Below, in pieces: positions 8,187-18,753 of a stretch of 64,000 nt of DNA; position 1 is the first letter of the stretch, and every line of letters starts with the position of its first letter. Source of the DNA: an uncultured delta proteobacterium. Its GTDB lineage: Bacteria; Myxococcota; Myxococcia; SLRQ01. The notes under the pieces were generated by a model, which worked only from the letters and a program-made list of their open reading frames with translations, ran no database searches and was not told the origin of the DNA. The position numbers and the translations under genes were made by a program. The stretch covers positions 1,152,001 to 1,216,000 of the forward strand of contig CAVSGM010000001.1 in NCBI GenBank assembly GCA_963727485.1, in the 5' to 3' direction.

Positions 8187-11177
8187 ATGCACACGAAGAT
8201 CCGCTCGCACCTCGTGCCCGTCGCCCTGCTCGCCGCCGCCGTCCTGGCCTCTGGCGGCTGCGGCTCGGGCAATCCCACGTTCCTCGCCCCGGCGCAGCCG
8301 GGCCAGGGACCCGTGGTCAACTTCGACGTCTACCACACGCCGTTTCCCGAGATCCCGCTGCCCAACGACTTCGCCACCCGCTACGACCCCACCTCGCCCA
8401 CGCTGCGCCGCCTCAACGCCAGCATCCTCGAGGCGAAGACCACCTGGGAGCAGCGGACCCGCGCCGAGCTCGACAAGCTCTCGGGGTGGGGGACCCTGGC
8501 GCCGATCACCGTGAGCTTCTCGAAGCCCATCGATCCCGAGGTGATCTTCAAGCACTACTTCCGCGACGACTTCGACTACTCGGACGACCCGGTGCTGGTC
8601 CTCGACGTCACCCCCGGGTCGCCGGGCTTCTGCGAGGCGGTGCCCCTCGACATGGGCCAGGGCAACTACCCGCAGGTGCTCGCCAAGCCGGTGATCTACG
8701 AGTCCGACCCCCGGGCGAACCTCCAGACGCTGACCATCGAGACCACCGAGGAGGACACCAACGGCAACGGCAAGCTCGACCCCGGCGAGGACACGGACAT
8801 GGACGGCGTCCTCGACCACCCCGACACCCGGGACGGCAAGCCCGACGGCCAGCGCCTCGAGTTCTACGAGCGCGAGACCAACACGCTCATCATGAAGCCG
8901 GTGATGCCCATGCGCGAGGCCACCACCTACGCGGTGGTGCTCACCGACCGCCTGGTGTCGCCGTCGGGCCAGCCGGTGCGCTCGCCGTTCGCCGGCATCA
9001 ACAGCGCCGCCCAGACCGAGGCCTTGAGGCCGCTGTCGCGCTGCCTGCCCAAGTACGGGCTGGCGCTCAAGGACGTGGCCTTCACCTGGAGCTTCACCAC
9101 CCAGAACCTCACCCACGACTACAAGGAGGTTCGCGACGGGCTCTACGGGATCGGGAAGCTGGCCCAGGTGGGCAAGGACTTCCCGGCGACCCTCTCGCAC
9201 CTCTACCAGGTCCGGGACCCGGCGGCCGGGGTGACCAACACCCGGATCGTGCCCATGGCCAAGTTCCTGCCGCTGGCCCTGCAGCTCCTGCAGCTCACCG
9301 GATCGACCAAGGACCAGGTGGCGGTGTTCAAGGCCACCATGGGGAACGTGGACTTCGTGGCGTCGGGCACCATCGCCTCGCCCCAGTTCTTCCCCCGCAA
9401 GGACGCGGACGGGAAGATGCTCCCCCTCTACGACCAGGTGTGGAACCTGAAGGCCAAGCCCCGCAGTGAGGACGTGCCCTTCTGGATCTTCGTCCCCAAG
9501 AACCGCACCGGGCCGGCGCCGGTGGCGATCTTCATCCACGGCCACGGCGGGAGCATGTTCGACGCCTTGCCGTTTGCCGGGCTGCTGGCCAGCTACGGCA
9601 TCGCCACCATGGGCATCGACGCCCCGAGCCACGGCGTCGCCCTCCCGGACAGCGAGGCGCAGCTGGTCCGGTCGTTCTTCGACAACGCCGGGCTCGGGGG
9701 GCTCGCCGACGCGCTGCTCGACGGGGGGCGCGCCATCGACTGGACCGGCGACGGCCAGAAGGACCCCGGCGACGACTACTGGTCGGCCTACGTCTTCCAC
9801 ACCCGGGACATGGTGCGCCAGACGGTGGTCGACGTGATGCAGGTGGCGCGCACCCTCGCCGCCTTCGACGGCAAGACCCACTGGGCCTTCGATCCGGCGC
9901 ACACCGGCTCGCCGGGGCTCGCCGGCGACTTCGACGGCGACGGCAAGGTCGACATCGGCGGCAAGGCCAAGCTGCACCTCATCGGCGGCTCGCTCGGGGG
10001 CATCCTCAGCGCCACGATCGCCGGGCTCGAGCCCAAGTTCCAGGACGCGGTCGCCATCGTGCCTGGGGGCATGCTCTCCGAGATCGGCTCGCGCTCGACC
10101 CTCCACGGCATCACCGACGCCATGGTGCTGCGCACCCTCGGCCCGCTCTTCTACGAGGACGGCGGCGCGCTGATGCTCCGCGCCAACCAGGGCCAGACCT
10201 CCGACGTCGCCCTGAAGATCGCCGACCTGCCGACCCTCGACCCCGAGGACACGGTGGTCCTCACCAACCACAAGACCGGCGACTACCGCTGCGCCGCCGT
10301 CCAGGCCTCGGGGACCTTCCGGGTCGCCGTCTCCTCCGACGAAGGCGATCCCCTGGAGCTCACCGTCTACCACGGGCCCCTGAAGCCCAAGACCCCCGAG
10401 GGCTGCGCGCTTCCCCAGGCGGCGCCCTACGTCGACCTGAAGACCTTCGGCTACGACGTGAGCCTCGACGGGACCACCTGGAAGCAGGGCACGCCCCTCC
10501 AGGCGCCCTGCGACGGCTTCGGGATGCGGCGCGCCACCCCGGACCTCCGGCGGTTCTTGGGCCTGTCGCAGATCGCCCTCGAGGCCGGGGACCCGATGAA
10601 CTGGGCGCCGTACTGGGACGGCACCCGCAAGCTGACCTACGGGACCGGGGAGACGGTGCACACCAACGTCATCGTCATGCCCTCCAACGGGGACCCCGGG
10701 GTGATGGTCGCCGACGGCATCGCGCTGGCGCGGGCCGCGGGCTTCATCCCCTACGACCACGACGACCCCCAGTACGGCGTGTCCGACAACCAGGAGCTCA
10801 TCGACATCTGGGCCACCGAGGGCACCTACCGCCTGGGGCACTACCACGACAGCCAGGGCAACCCGGTGCTCATGGACGTGGAGAACTTCGCGTCGATGGT
10901 CCCGGTGGACGACGGCTTCGACGTGCCGCGCCTCGACCCGCCCCTGCGCCTGATGTCGAAGGCCTCGGACGGCACCTGGCACGGGTTCATCCTCCCCATG
11001 CTCACGCCCCAGGGGAAGCACGGCTTCGTGGCGCCGGACCCGACCCAGCCCTTCGACCAGGGGACCTACCTGCTGAACATCGTCGGCCGCTACCTCTCGA
11101 GCGACGACAAGGACTTCTCCTGGGACGTGTGCCAGGCGACGTCCAACTGCACCTGGCCGACCTTCCCGCTGAAGTAG
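8187..11177 (+). CDS. Large lipoprotein alpha/beta-hydrolase (lipase/esterase-like) with N-terminal Ig-like region
   Basis: Lipobox-like ASGGC; IPLPND N-terminal motif; IFIHGHGG, GIDAPSHG and nucleophile elbow GGSLGG; DxDxDG-type Ca-binding loops. Confidence 0.82.
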   Translation: MHTKIRSHLVPVALLAAAVLASGGCGSGNPTFLAPAQPGQGPVVNFDVYHTPFPEIPLPNDFATRYDPTSPTLRRLNASILEAKTTWEQRTRAELDKLSGWGTLAPITVSFSKPIDPEVIFKHYFRDDFDYSDDPVLVLDVTPGSPGFCEAVPLDMGQGNYPQVLAKPVIYESDPRANLQTLTIETTEEDTNGNGKLDPGEDTDMDGVLDHPDTRDGKPDGQRLEFYERETNTLIMKPVMPMREATTYAVVLTDRLVSPSGQPVRSPFAGINSAAQTEALRPLSRCLPKYGLALKDVAFTWSFTTQNLTHDYKEVRDGLYGIGKLAQVGKDFPATLSHLYQVRDPAAGVTNTRIVPMAKFLPLALQLLQLTGSTKDQVAVFKATMGNVDFVASGTIASPQFFPRKDADGKMLPLYDQVWNLKAKPRSEDVPFWIFVPKNRTGPAPVAIFIHGHGGSMFDALPFAGLLASYGIATMGIDAPSHGVALPDSEAQLVRSFFDNAGLGGLADALLDGGRAIDWTGDGQKDPGDDYWSAYVFHTRDMVRQTVVDVMQVARTLAAFDGKTHWAFDPAHTGSPGLAGDFDGDGKVDIGGKAKLHLIGGSLGGILSATIAGLEPKFQDAVAIVPGGMLSEIGSRSTLHGITDAMVLRTLGPLFYEDGGALMLRANQGQTSDVALKIADLPTLDPEDTVVLTNHKTGDYRCAAVQASGTFRVAVSSDEGDPLELTVYHGPLKPKTPEGCALPQAAPYVDLKTFGYDVSLDGTTWKQGTPLQAPCDGFGMRRATPDLRRFLGLSQIALEAGDPMNWAPYWDGTRKLTYGTGETVHTNVIVMPSNGDPGVMVADGIALARAAGFIPYDHDDPQYGVSDNQELIDIWATEGTYRLGHYHDSQGNPVLMDVENFASMVPVDDGFDVPRLDPPLRLMSKASDGTWHGFILPMLTPQGKHGFVAPDPTQPFDQGTYLLNIVGRYLSSDDKDFSWDVCQATSNCTWPTFPLK

Positions 11178-11215
11178 CCGCGGGGGCGTGAAGGCGGGCC
11201 GGCGGGCCGGCGGCG

Positions 11216-12331
11216 CTACTTCGTCGGGCAGGCGAGGTCGAAGACGGCCACGCCCTTCGCCCCCATGCTCACCGCGACGGTCTGCCCCTGGTGGGCCACC
11301 GACACCGCCGGCCCCGGAAGCGCCTGGTGGATCCACACCTGGGGCTTGGTCTTGTCGAGGAGGTCGGCGACCACCAGGCCCCCGGATCCGTCGGCGACGA
11401 GGATGGTGCGCGAGCTGAACATGTCCACGTCCATGGCCGGCCCGGGGAGCGTGAGGGTGGCGATGCGCGCCGGCCCGCCCTTGGCCCCGAGGTCGAACAC
11501 GCCCATCCCGGCGCCATCCTCGGCGAGGGTGACCAGGTTCCCCCGGCGGGCGATGGCCCGGGCGCGCCCCTCGGTGGGCAGGTCGAAGCCGTCGACCACC
11601 TTCGCGGCGGTGGGGTCGGAGAAGTCCACCTCGTCGATCCCGGCGAGCCCGTCGGCGACGAGGATCTTGTCGTTCCACAGGACCGCGTCGTAGGCGCGCC
11701 CGGCGGTGTCGGCCCGGGAGAGGCGGGTGAGGTTGGTCCAGTCCGAGGCGTCGAGGATCTCCAGGCCCTTGCCGTAGGTGTAGGCGACCACGTAGGTCTG
11801 GGTGCGGCCGACCCCGACGATGCGGTCGCTGCCCAGGTAGGTGCCGAGGGGCGTGGTGAGGTTGGTCCCGGTGCGGGGGAAGACCTCGAGGCCCCCGAGA
11901 CCCTCGACGGCGATGAGGGCGTCACTGGCCTCGTTGACGTCGATGGCCGGCTGGGCGGTGGGCCGGATCTGCGTCCGGGTGACGCCGCCGTCGGGGAGCC
12001 CCGAGAGGTCGAAGGTCTCGATGCCCGCGTCCCCGGAGGCGACCTGGAGGCGGCTGTGGGTGGGGTAGTAGATGCCGCCGGCGGTGCCCGCGGTCTTGAT
12101 GGTGGCGATCTGCTTCATCGCAGGCTGGGGCCGACCCCAGACGCAGTAGCCCCCGTCGCAGGCGTCGGTGGTGCAGGGGTCGCCGTCGTTGCACTTCTGG
12201 GCGGCGTTGGCGGCGGTGCACTGGTTGCCCACGCCCCCGTCGGTGCCGCCATCGGTGGCGCCCGAGCCGGGCTTGCACCCGGAGGCGAAGGCGAGGGCGA
12301 GGACCAGGGCGAGGGGCAGGCGGCGAGGCAT
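11216..12331 (-). CDS. Lipoprotein with Cys-rich repeat and LVIVD-type beta-propeller
   Basis: Lipobox FASGC; CNDGDPCTTDACDGGYC; repeated VADG.GL..D blades. Confidence 0.85.
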   Translation of the reverse strand: MPRRLPLALVLALAFASGCKPGSGATDGGTDGGVGNQCTAANAAQKCNDGDPCTTDACDGGYCVWGRPQPAMKQIATIKTAGTAGGIYYPTHSRLQVASGDAGIETFDLSGLPDGGVTRTQIRPTAQPAIDVNEASDALIAVEGLGGLEVFPRTGTNLTTPLGTYLGSDRIVGVGRTQTYVVAYTYGKGLEILDASDWTNLTRLSRADTAGRAYDAVLWNDKILVADGLAGIDEVDFSDPTAAKVVDGFDLPTEGRARAIARRGNLVTLAEDGAGMGVFDLGAKGGPARIATLTLPGPAMDVDMFSSRTILVADGSGGLVVADLLDKTKPQVWIHQALPGPAVSVAHQGQTVAVSMGAKGVAVFDLACPTK

Positions 12332-12379
12332 CCCCGGAGTATACCGGGGCCTGGGGGCCGTCGCACCCGGCAGGCGGGC

Positions 12380-14180
12380 TCAGCGCATCCGGCCGAGGAG
12401 GGTGAGCAGCCCCACCACCGCGAAGACCGTGAGCACCACCAGGATGGTCACGCCCACCGGAGGCCGGTAGCGGTGCTCGCTGTAGGGGCTGCGGCCGAAG
12501 CCCTCGCCGGGGCCGGGGGCGTGGCGCGGCTCGAAGACCCCGCGGCCCAGGACCCGCTCGGCGAGGACCAGGGGGTTGTGGAGGAAGTGCAGGCCCTCGG
12601 CGACCACCACCGCCAGGCCCCGGCCGAAGGCGTCCTGGAAGCGCACCAGGCCCCGGGAGATCCCGAGGAAGAGGGCCTTGCCGGGGCGCCGATAGAGCCA
12701 GTCGAGGTCGAGGCGGGTGCCCTCCCGGCCGGCGAGCCAGGGGCGGACGAAGACGAAGGCCACCGCCACCCCGCCGAGGAGCGCCACCGTCTCCCCGAGT
12801 CGCGCGAGGGCGTAGGGGTGGAAGCGGGCGGCGACGGCGGGGAAGGGCAGCATCCCGTAGAGCAGGCCCGGGTCCACGCCGAAGAGCACGCAGAGGACGG
12901 CGCCGGCGAGCATCGCCACCTTCATGTTCCAGGGCAGGGGGCGCACCGTCGGGGGGATCCGCGGCGGCGGGGCGAAGAACACGAACCAGAGCAGCTTGCA
13001 CCCGGTGTAGAGGAAGGTGCCCGCGGCGGCGACCTCGAGGGCGAGCGCCACCCACCCGTGGCCCGCGGCGCCGGCGGCGGCGATCTCCATGGTCTTGGTG
13101 GTGAACCCGTTGAACCCGGGGACTCCGGAGATGGCCGCGGCGCCCACCGCGAAGATGCCCAGGGTGAAGGGCATGGCCCGGGCGAGGCCCCCGAGGCGGG
13201 TGAGGCGCGCGCGGCCGGTGGCGTAGAGGAGGGCGCCGGCGGCCATGAAGAGCAGCGACTTGTAGAGGATGTGGGCGAAGGCGTGGGCGGCGGCGCCGTC
13301 GAGGGCCAGCGGCGTGCCCACGCCCACCGCGGCGACCATGTAGCCCACCTGGCTGACGATGGAGTAGGCCAGAAGCCGCCGGACGTCGTTGGCCATCAGG
13401 GCGTAGACCACGCCCCAGATCGCCATCACCGTCCCCGCGGCGATGAGCACCTGCCACCCGGGGAAGAGGAGGATGAGGGCGAAGACCGCGGTCTTGGTGG
13501 TGAACACCGAGAGGTAGACGGCGCCCTCGGGGGTGGCCTCGGGGTAGGCGTCGGGGAGCCAGGCGTGGAGCGGGGGGATGGCGGCGTTCACCGCGACCCC
13601 CAGGAGCACCAGCCAGCCGCTGGCGTCGCCGGTGAAGGGCGTGAGCGCCAGGCCGTGGCCGCCCGCCACCCGGGTGACGATCCCGGCGACGAGCAGCGCC
13701 CCGCCCAGGGCGTGGAAGGCCACGTAGCGGGTGCCCGCGGCGCGGCTCCTTGGGGTCCAGCGGCGGAAGACCAGGAGCGCCGAGGAGATGCCCATCAGCT
13801 CCCAGAAGAGCACGAAGGCCAGCAGGTCCCCGGCGAAGCACACGCCCAGCGACCCGGCGGCGTAGACCAGCGCCGCGGCGCCGTGGACCGGGTCCTCGAG
13901 GTGGAGGGCGTAGATCGCCGCCAGGAGCGCCACGGTGGCGAAGACCCCGCCGAAGACCAGGCGCAGGGCGTCGACGTGGAAGAGGTGGGCCTCATAGCCC
14001 ATCCAGGGGAAGACCAGAATCCGGGGCCCCCTGGCGCGCGGCCCACACCGCGTAGAGGGCGAGCGCCGGGAACGCCACCTGGGCGAGCTTCCGGGGCGTG
14101 CCTCGGAGCAGCGCCACCACGGCGGCGCCGGCGAGGAGGATCAGCGCCGGGGGGAGCGGCCAGGGCAGCCCGCTAGGCAT
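12380..14180 (-). CDS. mrpD: Mrp antiporter MrpD/MrpA-like subunit 3, frameshifted at ~14018
   Basis: FWELM, PPLHAWLPDAY, LAYSIVSQVGY, HILYKSLLFM; N-terminal part is ORF 13992..14180, and removing one base at GAATC (14017-14021) joins the frames. Confidence 0.85.
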
Positions 14181-14412
14181 CGTCGTCCTCCCCGTCGAAG
14201 CCGGGGCGCCGCTCGGCGAGCGGCCTCACCCCCAGGTACGCCACCGCGGCGAGGCCGGCGGCGCTGGCCAGCCCCAGGAGCGCGGGCCCGAGGGGAACGG
14301 TCGCCCACACCGGCGCCCCGTGCTCGTGGGGGCCGAAGAGCGCCAGCGCCGATCCGAGGAGGGCGGCCACGGCTCCGGCGCCGAGGATCCAGCGGCGGGC
14401 GGCGCGGGTCAT
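14173..14412 (-). CDS. Small two-helix membrane protein within the Mrp operon
   Basis: ATG at 14412 overlaps the upstream stop; MTRAARRWILGAG...RRPGFDGEDDDA; overlaps the next start. Confidence 0.75.
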   Translation of the reverse strand: MTRAARRWILGAGAVAALLGSALALFGPHEHGAPVWATVPLGPALLGLASAAGLAAVAYLGVRPLAERRPGFDGEDDDA

Positions 14413-15902
14413 CCGTGGACCCCCCCGAAGGCCGCGGCGGTGACCTTCGCCACCAGGCCCCAGAAGTCCGGGCCGAAGCTGGGCACCAGGCCCAGGACCA
14501 GGCAGGCGGCGGCGGTGAACAAGGGCGGGCCCACCAGGGTCCAGGGCGCCTCGTCGTAGTGGTCGAAGCGCTCGCTCTTCACGAAGAAGGCGTTCCACAC
14601 GATGGGGAAGAAGTAGAGGGCGTTGAGGAGGGCCGATCCCACCAGGACCAGGAGCAGCCCCAGGTCGTGGGCCTGCATGGCGCCGACCCCGAGCCACCAC
14701 TTGGTGACGAAGCCCGGGAGCGGGGGGATCCCGGCGATGCCGAAGGCCCCGAGGGCGAACGCGCCCATGGTCAGGGGCATGGCCCGGCCGATGCCCTTCA
14801 TCTCGCTGACGTTGCGCACCCGGAGGTGGGCGTAGATGGCGCCGGCGCAGAAGAAGAGGGTGATCTTCATGAACGCGTGGTCGGCGATGTGGATCACCGC
14901 GCCGGTGAGCCCGCCCGGGGTCATCAGGGAGACGCCGAGGATGATGTAGGAGAGCTGGCTGATGGTGGAGTAGGCCAGCCGCTTCTTGAGGTTGTCCTGG
15001 GTCAGCGCCATGAACGACGCCGCCAGCACCGTGAACGCCGCCAGGGAGGCGAGCGGGAGCTGCACCCCGAGGCGCCGGAGGGTGTCGAGCCCGAAGACGA
15101 AGACCGCCACCCGGATGACCCCGAAGACGCCGGCCTTCACCACCGCCACCGCGTGGAGCAGGGCCGAGACCGGCGTCGGCGCCACCATCGCCGCCGGGAG
15201 CCAGGCGTGCAGCGGCATCATCCCCGCCTTCACCCCCACGCCGATCATGAAGAGGATGAAGAGGATGACGAGCGTGCTCCGGGAGGCGACGCCGATGTGG
15301 AGGAAGCCCCCGGGGACGAAGCTCGGGGCGTGGACCAGGGTCTGGCTCCAGCCCACGGCGAGCAGCAGGCAGAGGCCGGCGGAGAGGGTGTAGACGAGGT
15401 ACTTGCGGCCGGCCTTGATGGCGCGCTCGTCCCGGTGGTGGACCACCAGGGGGTAGGCGGAGATGGTCAGGCCCTCGTAGAAGACCAGGAAGGTGAGCGG
15501 GTTGCCGGCGAACGCCACCCCCGCCGCCGAGGAGATGCACAGGGCGAAGGCGGCGTAGTAGCCGGTCTGGTGGTCCTCCTTCAGCGCGCGCATGTAGCCG
15601 ATGGAGTAGACCGTGGTGACCACCCAGAGGATGGAGCTCACCATGGCGAAGACCATCCCCAGGGCGTCGGTGCGCAGGACCAGGTCGAAGCCCGAGGCCA
15701 GGGGCAGCAGGCGCACCTCGAGGACGTGGCCGGCGAGGACCCCGGGGACCATGGAGCTCACCAGGACCAGCTGGGTGAGCGACCCGAGGATGGACCAGGT
15801 CTCCCGGAGGTTCGGGCGCCGGCGCGAGAGCCCGATGAGCACCGCCGTCACCGGCGTGACCAGGAGGACCCAGGCGGGTCGCAGTGCCAGGAAGTGGTCC
15901 AT
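14409..15902 (-). CDS. mrpD: Mrp antiporter MrpD/MrpA-like subunit 2
   Basis: FYEGLT, GVKAG.MPLHAWLP, LHAVAVVKAG, LAYSTISQLSY, HAFMK. Confidence 0.92.
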   Translation of the reverse strand: MDHFLALRPAWVLLVTPVTAVLIGLSRRRPNLRETWSILGSLTQLVLVSSMVPGVLAGHVLEVRLLPLASGFDLVLRTDALGMVFAMVSSILWVVTTVYSIGYMRALKEDHQTGYYAAFALCISSAAGVAFAGNPLTFLVFYEGLTISAYPLVVHHRDERAIKAGRKYLVYTLSAGLCLLLAVGWSQTLVHAPSFVPGGFLHIGVASRSTLVILFILFMIGVGVKAGMMPLHAWLPAAMVAPTPVSALLHAVAVVKAGVFGVIRVAVFVFGLDTLRRLGVQLPLASLAAFTVLAASFMALTQDNLKKRLAYSTISQLSYIILGVSLMTPGGLTGAVIHIADHAFMKITLFFCAGAIYAHLRVRNVSEMKGIGRAMPLTMGAFALGAFGIAGIPPLPGFVTKWWLGVGAMQAHDLGLLLVLVGSALLNALYFFPIVWNAFFVKSERFDHYDEAPWTLVGPPLFTAAACLVLGLVPSFGPDFWGLVAKVTAAAFGGVHG

Positions 15903-15905
15903 TGG

Positions 15906-17399
15906 CTAGAGCCCCGCGGGGACGATGAACCGCACCACGTGCTGCACCAGGGGCCAGGAGCCGAGGCCGAGGACCAGGATGCCCACCGCGGTGATCGAAA
16001 GCGGCGCCAGGATGGACGCGGGCAGGGGGCGGATCTCCGAGGGGTGGATGTCGTGGGGCGTGGGGTCCACGCGCTTGGTGAAGTACACGCGCTCGAGGAT
16101 GCGGAAGAAGTAGACGGCGTTGAGGAGGCTACTGACCAGGATGATGACCACGAAGGGCCACTTGCCCGCGCGCAGGGCCCCCAGCACCAGGTACCACTTG
16201 GAGAAGAAGCCGGCGGTGGGCGGCAGGCCGACCATGGACAGCGCGGCGATGGTGAAGGCGGCCATGGCCACGGGCATCTGCTTGCCCAGGCCCCCGAAGC
16301 GCCGGATGTCCCGGTGCCCGAGGCGGAGCACCACCGCGCCGGTGACCATGAACAGGCAGGCCTTCATGAAGGCGTGGTCGATGATGTGGAGCACCGCGCC
16401 GGTGATCCCCGCGGCGTTCACCAGGGAGAAGCCCAGGAGGATGTAGCCGATCTGGGAGACGCTGGAGTAGGCCAGCATCCGTTTGAGGTCGGTCTGGGCG
16501 ATGGCGAGCACCGACCCGACGATGATCCCCGCGGCCGCCAGCCACCCCATGATCGAGGTGATGGGCAGGTGCTGGGGCCAGGAGCCGATCTCGTAGATGG
16601 TGTAGAGGACCCGGAAGATGGCGTAGGCGCCGACCTTGGTGCCCACCGCCGCCATGAACGCGGTGGTGACGTTGGGCGAGTAGCTGTAGGCGTCGGGGAG
16701 CCAGGCGTGGAGCGGGAAGAGCGCGGCTTTTATCCCGAAGCCGGTGAGGAGGAACGCCAGCGCCACCATGGCGGTGCGGCTGTCGTGGTAGGCCTGGAGG
16801 CGCCGGGCGACGTCGATGAAGTTCAGGCTCCCGGTCATGCCGTAGAGGTAGGCGAGGCCCAACAGGTAGAAGCTGGCGCCCAGGGTGCCGACCACGATGT
16901 AGCGGAAGGCGGCGAACGGCGCCTCGGGGTCGCCCACGGAGACCAGGGCGTAGCCGGTCAGCGCGGTGACCTCGAGGAAGACGTAGAGGTTGAAGAGGTC
17001 GCCGGTCATGGACATGCCGGTCATGCCCATGGTGAACAGCAGGTAGAGCGCGTAGTAGAAGTGGCTGCGCTGCTCCAGGCGCTCGCCGAGCGCCTCCTTG
17101 GCGAAGAGGAGCACCAGGAACGAGAGGCTGGTGATGAGCACCGCCATCACCGCCGAGAGGTAGTCGACGTGGAACTCGATGCCCCACGGCGGCCGCCAGC
17201 CCCCGAGGTAGTGGACCACCGGGTGGCCCGACATCACCACCAGCGCCGCCACGTAGAGGGCGGTGATGAGCGCCATGCCGCTGGCCACCAGCGCCACCGG
17301 GTGCACCAGGCGCGCCGAGGCGCGCCGGACGAAGGGCAGCGCCAGGGCGGGGAAGAAGAGCCAGCAGAGGACGATGATCGGCGCGGGGCTGTGGATCAC
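15906..17399 (-). CDS. mrpD: Mrp antiporter MrpD subunit 1
   Basis: GGWRPPWGIE, DLFNLYVFLE, KAALFPLHAWLPDAY, LAYSSVSQIGY, FFSKW. Confidence 0.93.
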   Translation of the reverse strand: MIHSPAPIIVLCWLFFPALALPFVRRASARLVHPVALVASGMALITALYVAALVVMSGHPVVHYLGGWRPPWGIEFHVDYLSAVMAVLITSLSFLVLLFAKEALGERLEQRSHFYYALYLLFTMGMTGMSMTGDLFNLYVFLEVTALTGYALVSVGDPEAPFAAFRYIVVGTLGASFYLLGLAYLYGMTGSLNFIDVARRLQAYHDSRTAMVALAFLLTGFGIKAALFPLHAWLPDAYSYSPNVTTAFMAAVGTKVGAYAIFRVLYTIYEIGSWPQHLPITSIMGWLAAAGIIVGSVLAIAQTDLKRMLAYSSVSQIGYILLGFSLVNAAGITGAVLHIIDHAFMKACLFMVTGAVVLRLGHRDIRRFGGLGKQMPVAMAAFTIAALSMVGLPPTAGFFSKWYLVLGALRAGKWPFVVIILVSSLLNAVYFFRILERVYFTKRVDPTPHDIHPSEIRPLPASILAPLSITAVGILVLGLGSWPLVQHVVRFIVPAGL

Positions 17400-17761
17400 C
17401 GCATCTTCTCCAGGATCTCGTCCTCCTCGAGGGTCCCGTAGCGCTTGTGGATCCGGATGAGGAGCGCCAGCGCCACCCCGGTGGTGGCGATGCCCACCAC
17501 GATGGCGGTGAGCATCAGGGCCTGGGGCAGGGGGTTGGCGTACTGCGCCGCGTGGATCGGATGGCCGAGCTTGGGATCGTAGACGGGGATGGTGGCCCCG
17601 AACTTGGGGCTGTAGGTGAGGAAGAAGAGGATCACCCCCACCTGGAGGATGTTCATCCCCATCAGCTTCTTGAGGAGGTTGCGCTTGGCCATCATCCCGT
17701 AGATGCCCACGAGCATCAGGATCGAGATGACCCAGTAGTTGTACCAGTCGAACAGGTGCAT
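17396..17761 (-). CDS. mrpC: Mrp antiporter subunit C
   Basis: NLLKKLMG and NPLPQALMLTAIVVG. Confidence 0.93.
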   Translation of the reverse strand: MHLFDWYNYWVISILMLVGIYGMMAKRNLLKKLMGMNILQVGVILFFLTYSPKFGATIPVYDPKLGHPIHAAQYANPLPQALMLTAIVVGIATTGVALALLIRIHKRYGTLEEDEILEKMR

Positions 17762-17774
17762 GGCGGGATGCGGG

Positions 17775-18230
17775 CTAGAGACCGGCGCGGGGTTCGGCGA
17801 CGAGGTCGTCGAAGAGGGTGACCATGACGCCCATGACCGTGAGGGTGACGCCGACCTCGACGATGAGGCTGCCCACGGCGCGGGTGGCGGCGCCTTCGGG
17901 CATGGGCCAGGGGAGGTGGTGGAGGGCCGAGTAGTCGAGGAAGGCGTGGCCGCCGAGGAGCAGGCAGAGCAGCCCGGTGCCGCCGTAGACGAGCACCCCG
18001 GCGGCGGCGATCCAGGTGGCGCGCCGGGTGGTGAGCCCGCGGAGGCCCGCCGGGAAGCCCTCGGCGATCCGGGGCATGAGGAAGCTGCCCGCGAGCGCCG
18101 CCCCGGCCTGGAACCCGCCGCCCGGGGAGATGTCGCCGTGCCAGAGCACGTAGAAGGCGTAGACCTGGAGCAAGGGTGCCTGGATCCGCGCGGCGAAGCG
18201 GACGATGGGGCTGTCGTAGACCCCGGTCAC
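17775..18230 (-). CDS. mrpB: Mrp antiporter subunit B (MnhB domain)
   Basis: GTG start at 18230 overlapping the upstream stop; HGDISPGGGFQAG and EVGVTLTV. Confidence 0.88.
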   Translation of the reverse strand: MTGVYDSPIVRFAARIQAPLLQVYAFYVLWHGDISPGGGFQAGAALAGSFLMPRIAEGFPAGLRGLTTRRATWIAAAGVLVYGGTGLLCLLLGGHAFLDYSALHHLPWPMPEGAATRAVGSLIVEVGVTLTVMGVMVTLFDDLVAEPRAGL

Positions 18231-18511
18231 GGATCGCGCTCCCGGTGCTCGCCCCAGAGGATGAGGGCGGTGGCGATCCCGGCGATGAAGATCACCGAGG
18301 TCTCGAAGAGGGTGTCGAAGCCACGGTAGTCGACGATGACGCCGGTGACCTGGTTCTCGGCGCCGGTCTCCTCGGGGCCCTGCTCCAGGTACCGGTCGGA
18401 GACGTGGGTGTCCGGTGGGGTGTCGTTGGCGCCGAAGCGGGGGAGCTCCGGCGAGCTGTAGACCATCAGGGCGCCGGCGAAGACCAGGCCCAAGAGCGCG
18501 CTCCACTTCAT
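18227..18511 (-). CDS. Mrp/Mbh small subunit (MbhE-like, split from MrpA/B)
   Basis: ATG at 18511; ENQVTGVIVDYRGFDTLFETSVI signature. Confidence 0.88.
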   Translation of the reverse strand: MKWSALLGLVFAGALMVYSSPELPRFGANDTPPDTHVSDRYLEQGPEETGAENQVTGVIVDYRGFDTLFETSVIFIAGIATALILWGEHRERDP

Positions 18512-18753
18512 TCCCCGGTCCTCCTGGAGGTGCGGTAGAGGGCCGCGAAGAAGACCACGGCCGAGACCCCGGCGCCGATCATCGCCTCGGTGAAGGCGAC
18601 GTCCACCGACGAGAGGGCGGCGTAGACGATGCACGAGAGGAAGCTGAAGGCGGCGAAGACCACGGTCGCCGAGGCCAGGTCCTTGAGGGACAGGGCGGTG
18701 ATGGCGGTGATCACCAGGATCGGGAGGAGGATGGCGTCGAGCTGCCAAATCAC
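18508..18753 (-). CDS. Mrp small subunit, DUF4040/MbhD-like
   Basis: GTG at 18753 overlapping the mrpG stop; KDLASA..DVAFTEAMIGAG. Confidence 0.86.
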   Translation of the reverse strand: MIWQLDAILLPILVITAITALSLKDLASATVVFAAFSFLSCIVYAALSSVDVAFTEAMIGAGVSAVVFFAALYRTSRRTGE

